64,000 nt of DNA from Minutocellus sp. GHC0000111 (lineage: Eukaryota), in assembly GCA_977018835.1 (NCBI GenBank), contig OZ361260.1, positions 2,914,001 to 2,978,000 on the forward strand, written 5' to 3'. The translations under genes were made by a program, and so were the position numbers. This document shows, in pieces, positions 49,601-60,666 of this stretch. The first letter of the stretch is position 1; the number at the start of each line of letters is the position of its first letter. The notes beneath the pieces are model-generated. The model did no database searches. It was given only the letters and a program-made list of their open reading frames with translations, and was not told where the DNA came from.

Positions 49601-52600
49601 GGAGACAATTGGTTTTCGTGTTATCAGGGATCGGATCCACTTTTGTGTGTGCAGGGCAATGCAGCAGCCGGTCTGGGGGCGGCTCATGCTCGGGATCCAT
49701 TCCTTTCCGGATCAAATGAGTGTAGTTGGGGTGGTATCATCTGCGAAGGCAATGAGGTGTCTGAGATACGCTTCGAAACGAACAATCTCGGTGGAATCCT
49801 ACCTGATGAAATCGGATCCCTTTCTTCTCTCAAGGCTCTAGCTCTTGAAAATGGTGTTATCATTGGGACCATCCCTGCTTCAATTGGGTTGCTCTCATCG
49901 CTAGAGGAACTCGACCTGAACAAGAATGTTCTGACTGGTTCCCTCCCGCAGGAATTGGCGCAAATTACGAGTCTGCGTTTCTTGGATTTGGACAGCAACA
50001 TGCTCACTGGCTCGATTGCTATCCTTTCATCTCTCAATAATCTGGAGTACATTCAGTTGCATGACAATCAGGGCTTTTCGGGACAGATTCCCTCAACGTT
50101 TGGTAATCTGAAGAGCCTCGTTGGCTTATTTCTCCAGTCTACCAGCCTTTCTGGGTCGATGCCATTGGGCGTATGTGAGAATCTCATCACAAATGGCGGA
50201 AATTTGCATTATCTCGAGGTCGACTGCACATCAATCTCCTGCGATTGTTGTACCAATTGTGGCGATGGAGTAACAACTGGTTGCGAAACGGGGTCCGCCC
50301 CTGTACCGCCAACAACAAGTTTCAGGACAGAGCCAAGTCCTTCTCCTCCGACCGTGATTCCGGATCCAGCCCCTTCAATGGTTCTCTGTGGTGTAGAAGA
50401 GAACGAAAGAGTTCAGAGTATCGCGGATACTCTTTCCACATCAGTTTCCAACCCGATGGACTTGCAGAAGAATCTATCTCCTCAAGCGAAGGCGCTAACC
50501 TGGATCACTCACATTGATCCTCGCCATATCTGCCACCAACCAAAGGCTGACCTTATTCAGAGATATGCAGCAGCGGTATTCTACTTCTCAACTGGCGGTG
50601 ATGGTTGGTCTACATGCGCCCATAACAGCGACCCAGAGCTCTGTCCTATCGGCGTACCTAGGACCCTTTTTGAGCGGATCACATGAGTGCGGATGGGGTG
50701 GTATCAGTTGTACAGCAGGAAAAATTACGGAAATTGTTTTTGGTAAGTTCGGAATCGTATGGGATCGATTCTTCAATAATGAATTCTTTGTGAATATTCC
50801 AGCTCTGTATTTTTCACTCATCTCTTCATCTTATTTATTCCTCGTTACCACAGAGAACAACAACCTCGCCGGAAACCTTCCACATGAGATATCAGCTTTT
50901 TCTTCTCTCAAAGTTTTGAGCCTTGAAAAAGGATTGATCTCGGGACTCATTCCTACTTCCATTGGTCGCCTCAGTCAGCTTGAAAATCTTGATTTGGACT
51001 TTAACATGCTCTCAGGTCTTCTCCCGTCTGAATTGTCACAACTATCCAATCTCAAGCTGCTGGATCTTAACGACAACGATCTCATGGGTAGTCTTGATTC
51101 CCTCTCTGGACTCAACAGTATCCAATTCCTCCAACTCCATTCTACAAAGATTGGCGGTACTGTTCCATTGGCATTCGGCAATTTTATGGGTCTCAAAGCT
51201 CTGACTTTACAAGATACGTTCGTTTATGGCAGTATGCCAGTCCAGGTCTGCCAGCTGCGCGATCCCGCCGGCGGAGGTCTTGAGCATCTCTATGCCGACT
51301 GTAGTGGGACAAGTCCCGCCATGTATTGCCCATGCTGTACCCAATGTTTTGATCGCGCTGAACACGCCTCCAATAATGATGGTAGCAGCCATACTAGTAG
51401 GGCCGGCAACGAACCTATTGCATCGCCAGCTACATCTCAAATGAATGCCGCTGCCGAAGGTAGTACTAGTGCCACCGTCTGTGGAGTCAGTAAGGAAGAA
51501 AGGGCCCGGTACATCAAGGACATTATCTTCACGTATGTTTCCAACCCTGTGACGTTTACGGACTCAACGACGGCTCAATCTAGGGCATTGGATTGGATTA
51601 CATGGAAGGACAGTCGTCAGGTTTGCCATCAGCTGGCAACTCAGGTAATCCAGAGATACAGCGCAGGTGTCTTCTACTTTGCTACACTGGGTGATGAATG
51701 GTCAACTTGCGCGCAGAAGAGCGACGCTTCCTTGTGCCTTTCCGGCGATCCTTTCTTGAGCGAATCAAGCGAGTGTGAATGGGGTGGTATTAGTTGTGAA
51801 GGTGGACTCGTGACCGAACTCGTCTTCGAAAAGAACAACCTCGGTGGATTCCTCCCCCCAGAGCTATCCGCCTTAGCTTCTTTGAAAGTAATCAGTCTTG
51901 AGCGAGGATCAATCTCTGGTCCCATACCCTCTTCGATTGGTCTCCTTTCCAATCTTGAAATACTTGATTTGGATTACAATTCCATTTCGGGCCCTATCCC
52001 GCCAGAACTTTCGCTGTTGTCCAGACTCAAGCTGCTAGATCTCAACGACAACGATCTTACGGGAAGTCTTGACGCTCTGTCGGGTCTATCCAATATCCAA
52101 TTCCTTCAGATTCACGCCACAAAGATTGGTGGCACCGTTCCTACTGCATTTGCTGCCTTCCACAGGCTAATGGCATTGACATTACAGCACACTTTCGTCT
52201 TTGGGCAAATGCCGGAGGCTGTCTGTCGTCTTCGCGATGTAAACGGAGGAAATCTCAAACATCTCGAGTCGAATTGTGCTGGTAGTTTCCCTGCAATCAG
52301 CTGTCCCTGTTGTTCTCGCTGCTTTGAACGAGAACCTTCCCATGAAGTTGCAGCCTATCGGACGTCAGTGGAGAGCTGTAGCGACGGGACAGAAGAGGAG
52401 CGAGTAAGCGCCATCATAGCCAAGATTGCCAGCATCTCAGATGCAACGGTTCTACAGAATCCGATTTCACCCCAAGCAAGAGCAAGAGATGTTATTCTCT
52501 ACACTGACCCACTCTTCCTTTGTTCAAACAGTCCCAACATTCTTCAACGATACTCCATGGCAGTCTTCTATTACTCAACGGGAGGTCCAGGCTGGAATTA

Positions 52601-54493
52601 TTGCTCCGCTGACAGCTCGAAAATTTGTACCGAAACACAAGGAAAGCGCTATCTCAGTAACAGTCATGAGTGCGAATGGTACGGATCTACATGCAATGAT
52701 GAAGATGTCATAACCGAGATTCGTTTCGAGCAAAACAATTTGCAGGGGATGTTGCCGGAAGAAATTGGTGAATTGGTTGAATTGAGGACGCTGTCGCTCG
52801 AAAAGGGCCAAATATCGGGTGTGCTTCCAGAATCAATACAGAAATTGGGGTTCCTGGAAGAGCTCGACTTGGATTATAATGATTTCCGAGGTCCATTGCC
52901 TCAACTTCCTTCTGGACTAAAAGCATTGGATATGAATGACAACCCCAATTTGACTGGTTCGCTGGACAGCCTTTCGACTCTGACCCATCTGGCCTTTATT
53001 GCATTGCACGAGACAAAGATCAGTGGCACTATTCCTGAGGCAATGTCAAATCTCAATGACCTTGAAGTTTTGACGGTGCACGGGACTAATCTACAAGGTC
53101 CCATGCCCGCAAGTTTATGCGCCAGCCACTTTGGCGAGGGCAAGCTTGAGTATATTTCGGCAGATTGCAATCCACCCGGTCTCGTCACGGGGTGCCCGTG
53201 CTGTCAGTGCTATCCTCGACCTGTTGTTCCAACCCCAGCCCCTCAGACGCCTGTGCCACCCACCGCCACATTGCCAACAGCTGCTATATCGTACACTTGG
53301 CCAACTCCTCCTCCAGTGCCTGATTTTCGTCAGCCTGATCCTCCCACTCGGAGGCCCCGTCCTCCTGCGACAAGGAGACCGAGACCCCCGCCAACAAATA
53401 AGCCTCGTCCTCCTCCGACAAGGAGACCGAGACCTCCACCGACGAAAGCACCAACCAGAGCCGCTCAGAAAACTTCACCAGAGCTGGAAGAAGAAGGATC
53501 TTTGGGTACTACATACGATGGACCGTGCGAAATTGATGATGACAAGAGAGCACTCCGGATAACCCAAAAAATTGAAAAGTATTTTTTTGATGGTACCGAG
53601 GGTAGAGTGCGAGGGAGAGAGCGAGAGCTAAGCCACAAGTCGGATCTACCTCCGCCTGCAACCACCTAGTACTCGAATGGTTGATCAACGATGATGTCAT
53701 GCGTCTCTGCCCAAGTGACAAGAGTCTCATCCAACGCTTTATCGTGGCGACATTCTATTTTTCAACCGGAGGAGATGATTGGAATGAATGCGGAAGAAAT
53801 GATTACGGAAGGAAGAAGAATGACGAAGGCGCCTCCCAATGCGAAGACGGAGGCAAATGGTTGAGTCCCATCCCAGAATGCTATTGGTACGGCAACAAGT
53901 GTGACAATCAGGGATCCATTGTCCAAATAATCATGGACAACAACAGCCTCCGCGGTGAGATCCCAGCAACATTACATTTGTTGCCGGAACTGAAGATTCT
54001 TGCCCTGGAGAAGGGATACCTCACGGGCTGCATTCCAGCATCCTTTGGAGAAATGGTCAATCTCAAGAGACTCGATTTGGACTACAACAAACTTGGAGGT
54101 CCCGAGTGCGAATTCCCCGACCTTTCCAAGCTGGTTAATCTGGAACAATTGGATCTTAACGACAATCCAGACCTCGAAGGCGACCTAATGAGTGTCAGGA
54201 GATCACAAAAGTTGCTCTTTATATCCATTCACAACACTAAGTTCAGCGGCATTGTCCCACAAGTGCTGGGAAGCAATGCATCAAAGCTTCAGGTGCTTAC
54301 ATTCCACAACACCAAGATTCAAGGAGGTGTCCCGGAATCCATTTGTAATCTCCTACTTGACAAGGGAGGCAAACTTCACCATCTCATGGCAAGTTGCACC
54401 ATGGAATGTTCGTGCTGTACCGAATGTCACAGCGACGAAGGCGACGACGACGATAAGAAAAATTCAGGAAGCAAAAGCAAAAAATCGTTTTAA
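43699..54493 (+). CDS. LRR cluster gene C: giant secreted protein of about 3,400 aa with an N-module and 8 tandem capped LRR modules; introns 46911-47092, 49043-49142, 50743-50853; frameshifts near 46805, 50657 and 53650
   Basis: Signal MRLRCSPWALAVLLSASAA. Modules start near 46200, 47417, 48362, 49382, 50387, 51480, 52377 and 53526. Each reads PQxxAxxW...CP...QRY...YF.T.G..W...EC.W.G..C, then about 5 LRRs, then C.CCxxC. No TM helix seen. Confidence 0.85.
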
Positions 54494-54688
54494 TTCAAGA
54501 GGGAAGTAGCGAATGAAACGAACATGTCGATACAATTCGCATAAAATACACAATATCATAATATTTGTTTTGTAAAGTAATAAAATATATGAAAGGAATA
54601 TTTCTCAAATGTCGTACGATCGTACCACGAACGCCTGAATTTAATTTTACGTAGCTAGCCTTTTACTGCATTATTTTACGATCGTATC

Positions 54689-57651
54689 TTACAACACTTG
54701 ATGGGTCTGAGAAAGAGTGTGATGAGGCAAAGCGAGCAGGCGAGCGATATTCACTACCAAGATAGATCTAAAGCTCATTTCACTGGCATCTCTCTTTTCA
54801 GAGGCTGCCTTTTCTTGATTCAGAACCTCGGCATCGGCATCGGGATGGAAATCGAAATCCTTGGCGACGTGACCCTCTTTGTCCTCGATCTTTTGGTCAG
54901 CACCGCCCTTAATGAGAGCATCCACCATCTTAGTGTGGTTCGCCAATGCCTCTTGTACGAGTTCTCCTGTTCCACCATCATCCTTAACCTCCCCTTCATC
55001 GGATGGCTCTGGCATGAATTGTTTGTAACGCTCCCAGAGCGTTTCAACCTGGTTCTTACCATTGTAGGCAAACATAAGAGCCGTATGACCGTCTGCGTTC
55101 TGCTCATTGACCTTGGCACCGGCCTTGAGCAAGGCTTGAACAATTTCAACATTTCCACGGGCAGATGCTGCCATGAGAGAGTTGGTGCCATCCTTATCGC
55201 TGGCGTCAACATTGGCCTTGCCCGCAACAATGAGATCTTCAACGACCTCCATGTGTCCCTCAGAGGACGCCGCAATTAGGGGGGTAATGCCCTCATCGCT
55301 CGGGGCATCAATCCAGTCTTCATGACCATTCCCTCCAGCAAGATGCTTCTCAAGCAAAAGTTTGACAATATCCTTCATCCCCCGGTGGCTCGCTTGCAGC
55401 AAGGTGGTTACCTTGTGCTCGTCCTCGTGGTAAAGGTCAGCACCAGACTCGATAAGGAGCTTGGCAAAATCTTGTTTCTCAACAATGAAAGCATCCATCA
55501 GCAGATTGTGAGACACTCCATCTTCATCTAGATACGGTGTGTTCGGATCGGCTCCAGCCTTTACTAGAGCACTGGCAACCTCACCATAGTTGCCCTTTAC
55601 GGCAAGCATGAGGGGGGTTCGGTCCTCATCATCTTCAATTCGCACCTCGGCCCCGGCCTCGAGGAGAATGTTGAGGGTCTCGAGATGGCCACCCTGAGCG
55701 GCAACATGGATGGCAGTAACACCATCGACGTGGGGATCATCTTGATTGTAAGTGCCATCCTCGATCATCTTTGCTAGCTTCTCAAGATATTCCGGAGTTG
55801 CCTGCGCAATGTCGTTCACTTGTGCACCCAACTCAAGGAGACGCTTAGTACACGCGGCGTGCCCTCCAGCCGCGGCAAACATCACGGAAGTGCCACCAGA
55901 ATAAGAGGCCAGGTTGATATGCTCCTTGAGCTCCTTCTCTGACATATGCTTCTTCAGCGACGTGATAATTGCTTCCATTCCCTCAAGAGCACCCTGCGAT
56001 GCTGCAGCCATCAGCGGTGTGACGCCGTCATCATCGAGCAAGTCATCCTTAGCACCGTTCTCGAGGAGGAAGGATATCGCCTCGGAAGAATTACCAGTGG
56101 ATGCCTCCAGCAGAGCCGATCCAGCATTGGTATGGAGCTGATTGACGTCCGTCTTGCCCTCCTCGAGAAGGACCTTCATGACATCAACCTGGCCAGATGC
56201 CGCTGCATACATAAGGGCAGTCACTCCATTGTCGTGGACAGCACTAGGATCGGCACCGCAATCCGAAATCAAGTATCTAACAGCATCAGCATGGCCGTGA
56301 GCAGCGGCAATGATAAGGGCGCTAAAGCCAGTTGTTGACATAAGATCGACGTAGTGGCTCTTCGCATCATCATCTCCATCGAAATTCTCCATGATGGCCT
56401 TGAGGACTGGAACGGTCCCATTCTCGGCTCCATTATGGAGGCACGTGAGACCATCACCGTCAACGGTTTTAGGATCAGCACCAGCCTGCAATAGTAGCTT
56501 GACGACCTCCTCATGACCAGAAACACTCGCCGTCATGAGCGCTGTGATGCCGTCGACGCGAGTATTGGAAGCATCGGCGCCCTTCTTGAGCAGGAGCTTG
56601 ACAATGTCGGTCCGCCCCTCTCCCGCCGCGAGCCAAAGGCTAGTAACTTCCGAGTTGGCCTTGCCATCGTACTCGGCACCGGCATTTAGCAATGCCTCGG
56701 CCACTTTTGTGTGGCCCATGATACTGGCCTCCATGAGGGCAGTGATGCCATCCTTATCCTTCGCGTTGACGTCGGCCCCCTCCTTAATGAGATACTTGAC
56801 AGCATCGAGATGTCCTCCCGATGCGGCGGGGATTATGGCAGTAAGCTCATCCCAATCCTTCTCGTTAACATCGATCTTATCTTTCTTGATCATCGCCTTG
56901 AGGGCCTTCACGTCTCCGTCAGCGGCTGCACCGATGAAGCGCGCAATGGGACTTCCCATCGTCTTGATGTCGTTCGACGAGGCGAACTGAAGGTTGAGCG
57001 CGGTGTAGGGGTGGTCCTTCGAATCACACGGGGCCATGATGGCCTTGTTGTCAGATCGATTCCTAACGAGGCAAAGCTTTGATTCGCCTTCACCGTGGGT
57101 CAGGACATAGCCAGTTTCAGTATCACCGAGGATGTTCCAGGACTTTGCGCACTGATGAGAGCATCGGACAAGCTTCGCATCGGTCACCTTTCCGGCATCC
57201 TTCTCGCCGCAGGACTTCATTCCCAGACAGGTTCCATCGTCATCATCAACGGCATCGTCATCGTGAGGGCGCTTATGGATTTGGTAGGTTCCTAATGTTG
57301 AAAGCCGATATTCAGATTACGAAAGCACCGCAAGTCATATGAGTTGGTGATGAACGGAACATTGCAAAAACAATAATAAAGCTAAAAAAAGTCAAAGCAA
57401 ACTTGAGTCAGCCAAATCAATTCAAGTCAACAACACGCACCAGGCGATCCACTGACAAAGAAGAGCGTGTCAATAGAGCATCGGCGATATTCCTCCCCTC
57501 CCATGCACATGGAATCCTGCGCATCCTGCAAGAAGAAGGGAGGCGGGCCGCTCTTCTTCGTGACGCCGCCCTTATCGTCGGCCGATGCAGTGACTGCCAG
57601 CGACGCGGCGACGAAGAGGGCAGCAGCAAAGCGCGTCGTCGAGCCACCCAT
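54689..57651 (-). CDS. Secretory-pathway protein: signal peptide, Cys-rich ricin/beta-trefoil-like domain and about 18 ankyrin repeats; exons 57651-57441 and 57291-~54768
   Basis: MGGSTTRFAAALFVAASLAVTASA. Intron 57440-57292 keeps the frame (SP|GTYQIHKR...GTCLGMKSC). Repeated GxTALMxAxxxGHxxxVxxLLxxGA. Confidence 0.88.
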
Positions 57652-58487
57652 TTTATTTATTTATAAATATATATTGACTATTTCTGTTCAATTTCTTTCC
57701 GGGATTGTTTGTCGTTCCACCTCAGTTTAGGGAAGAGCGCTGGCGTTCCAAGAAAACAATACATCCATTGATGAAAAAAGAACACAAAGAGTGAGCAGGG
57801 AAACGCAAAAAAGACAAGAGTGAAATGAAATCAAAGCTGCCCTCACGGATCAGTGCAAATGACCAACGTCCAGCACGGAAAAAGTTTTCGCAGCGGAGAC
57901 CATGATTGGAACGGGAGTCAGCACCAGAAAAGAAGGAGCGTCGAGGGCCCCGAGGTGCCGCCAATCCGCTTCCTAGCAAATCCTCGCCGCACCGACAAAA
58001 AACGTGAGTCGGAAAAGCTCTCCAATCCATGGACTGTCTTGTACTGCACAGCAACAGCGCAGAACTGCTACTACATCTGCCAGCGGCGTCCCGTCACTCA
58101 CCGCTACTAGGAATTCCTATCACACGTGCATGTATCACCTCCGCTCCGCCGGGCGTTGAGTGGCTGCCGCCCGAGCAAAGTGGAGTTGCCTCCACGCGTC
58201 ATCGCGTCACAGCCGGGTTCCTTTGACTTTCGCATCACATTCTCTTGCTTAATTCGATTTCTTTGACGTAGCTTCAGAGTAAAAAGCCTCTGCGGATGTC
58301 AAACGAATATATATGCCATGAGGAGCAAGGAGCAGCAGGCAGAGCTGGCAAGGAGTGAAGATTGAGATGTTATTCCCGAAGAAAGCGAAGAACGCCTCGG
58401 AGAGATCGCATAAGGAAACCCCCAAAATCACACAAAAAGAGTAAAATATCTCAAAAGTGGAAATTGTAATGAAGCATGGATTTTAAA

Positions 58488-60440
58488 TTAAAGCTTCTTT
58501 CTTACACTGGATCTGACCTGAACGTAATCGCCATTACGAAGATACACCTTCTTTTGCGATCTTCCCGTCTTGTCGGGTTTCTCTTCGCCGCTGAGTGTCT
58601 CGAATGCGAGCCTGGCATGTTTGTCACTTGCAAAATACACATGGACCTTGCCCGTTGCACCACCAAACTCAATCTCTCCGACCTCTTTGGGCTGGACAAA
58701 CGTATGGGCCAAAAGCATCTGCGTAATGTGATCTGGTTTGCAGAATCGTGGGATACGATGAACCAGGAGATGGTCAGATGAATTATTACCACCACCGGTA
58801 CTTCCCCGTTTTCGTCGAGGAAAGGAGCGAGTAATGGGCTCTACACTGCCATCCTTGTCGAGATAATCCTTCAAACAAAGCAGGGCGGTCCTAGCATCGT
58901 TGACGGAGTCGTGAGTATCGGGCATCGCCTTTCCCATTACCGCCATGGCCAAGTCCTTCAGACTTGGCGTAGCTCCGGGCTCATCCTTGACGTTGAAGAG
59001 AAACGCTGAGTCGGCATTGCAGTGGTGCTCCATCTTGAGTGCGACCAGATCGTTGTGAACGGCATGGCCAGTGATCACCGTCTCCTCCGAACAGAGGGCC
59101 ATCATGAAGGCTTGGGCATGGCGGAGGGTGAACTGGACGGTCTCCAAATGCTCGGCCTTGATGCCGTTGATGCGAGTGCGGTAGTCCACGACGGGCCACG
59201 CCGGCTTGACGAGCGTGTCCAGCAGAACTTCGTCGGGCTTGACGGCGTTGACGACACTGATACGGCACAGGGCCTTGGCATCATTCGCTCCCGTGACAGG
59301 GTCGCGCGTTTCGCACATCTCGCAATCGATGGCGATGGCGGGAGGGTTGTTAGCGCACCACTGTCCGTAGGGCTTGGCCTTGATCCAGGATTCCACACCA
59401 TCGGGCTCATTCTCCTTGTACCGTGCAAAGTCAAACGATGCCTCGTAGCGATCGTGGGCACGAGTTTTGATTACGGCATCCTTCCATTTGCGTCCCTCTT
59501 CTGTGGATGTGGGGAGGGGCAGAGGAGGGTGCTGATGCGCCGATTTGATATCCTTAGACACTGGCTTGTGCTGAGGAGCATCGCTATCCAAACCAGAACC
59601 CTCGTCATCTCCAGCGCCGTCGCTGTCACTGGCAGTAACGACCTTCTCCTTCTTTTCAGTTGTGGCAGTATCTTCTTCCATGGGGATGGAAAAGGAAGCA
59701 ATGGGTAGATTGAGGTTGAGATAGCTGGGGGTTGCAGTGGCGGTCTTTTTTGCGGACTGCTTGGACTTATTCTCGCGTTTTGTCTTCTTTTTGCTCGAGG
59801 GAGTAGTCGTATGAGCGATGGGAGCAGGAGAAGAAGTTTCCTCGACCTTGTCCGTCTTCTTTGGCGTCTTTGCCTTTGCAGCTGACTTGGGGGTGCTCGT
59901 AGCGGCGGCGCCATTGGCCTTTTCCTTCTTGCCCAACCCAAACGGATCATTCTCTACAGAAGAAGACGCCGACGCCGAAGGCTTCTTCCGAGCAGCGAAT
60001 GGATTCTGAGCATCATGCTCGGTTTGAACCTTTGTCGTTTGGCGTTTCTTCTCCTGTTTCTGCTTCTTTGCAAGGAACTCTTCATCTGACGCGTCGAGAG
60101 CTGCTTCGGAAGCATCACGCTTCGGGGACTTCTCCTTCTTTTCCTTCTTCGCCTTTGGCTGCGGCGGCTGCTGATCCTTCTTTTTCTTCTGCGGCTTCTT
60201 CTTCTCAACGACTGGCGGTGGTGGCGGCGCCATTTCCTCGTCACTCTCGGAGCTGACAGAGGAGTCCGACTCTGGTATTTTGTCGGTGGCGGAAGTGGGA
60301 GTCTGCGACGGAACATTGCCATGAGAAAATTTGCACTTATCACCATTACGGCATCCGGCAGGGGAGGCAAAAAAGGCACATGGCCTCGGACCATCGTCGT
60401 TGCCCGAGGCGGAGTAGAGAGTATACTTCTTCGTACTCAT
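58488..60440 (-). CDS. REX1/REXO-like DEDDh 3'-5' RNA exonuclease with an N-terminal CCCH zinc finger and a C-terminal RRM-like domain
   Basis: CAFFASPAGCRNGDKCKFSH; AIDCEMC, VVDYRTRINGI, GHAVHNDL, HDSVNDA. Confidence 0.88.
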   Translation of the reverse strand: MSTKKYTLYSASGNDDGPRPCAFFASPAGCRNGDKCKFSHGNVPSQTPTSATDKIPESDSSVSSESDEEMAPPPPPVVEKKKPQKKKKDQQPPQPKAKKEKKEKSPKRDASEAALDASDEEFLAKKQKQEKKRQTTKVQTEHDAQNPFAARKKPSASASSSVENDPFGLGKKEKANGAAATSTPKSAAKAKTPKKTDKVEETSSPAPIAHTTTPSSKKKTKRENKSKQSAKKTATATPSYLNLNLPIASFSIPMEEDTATTEKKEKVVTASDSDGAGDDEGSGLDSDAPQHKPVSKDIKSAHQHPPLPLPTSTEEGRKWKDAVIKTRAHDRYEASFDFARYKENEPDGVESWIKAKPYGQWCANNPPAIAIDCEMCETRDPVTGANDAKALCRISVVNAVKPDEVLLDTLVKPAWPVVDYRTRINGIKAEHLETVQFTLRHAQAFMMALCSEETVITGHAVHNDLVALKMEHHCNADSAFLFNVKDEPGATPSLKDLAMAVMGKAMPDTHDSVNDARTALLCLKDYLDKDGSVEPITRSFPRRKRGSTGGGNNSSDHLLVHRIPRFCKPDHITQMLLAHTFVQPKEVGEIEFGGATGKVHVYFASDKHARLAFETLSGEEKPDKTGRSQKKVYLRNGDYVQVRSSVRKKL

Positions 60441-60666
60441 CGTTGTCGTTGTGATGATTACAGATAGTACAGCTCAAGCCAAGCGCCGTCGAAGTGGTGA
60501 TTGTGTTTCTGTGGTACCTCGACATCTTCGGATGGTTGGCGCAGGCGCCAGCAACTTGTGCCACTTCGCTCAGGCGGCTCGAAGCTCATAACCTATTTGG
60601 CTTACCGGTACAGCTCTTCTTCACCTTGAAAGATCTATTCGCTACATGTAGCCTAGAGGTCTTAAT

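Noticed and set aside
58135..58230. GC-rich stretch as a possible tRNA or structured RNA
   Set aside because: No cloverleaf, T-loop consensus or recognisable family.
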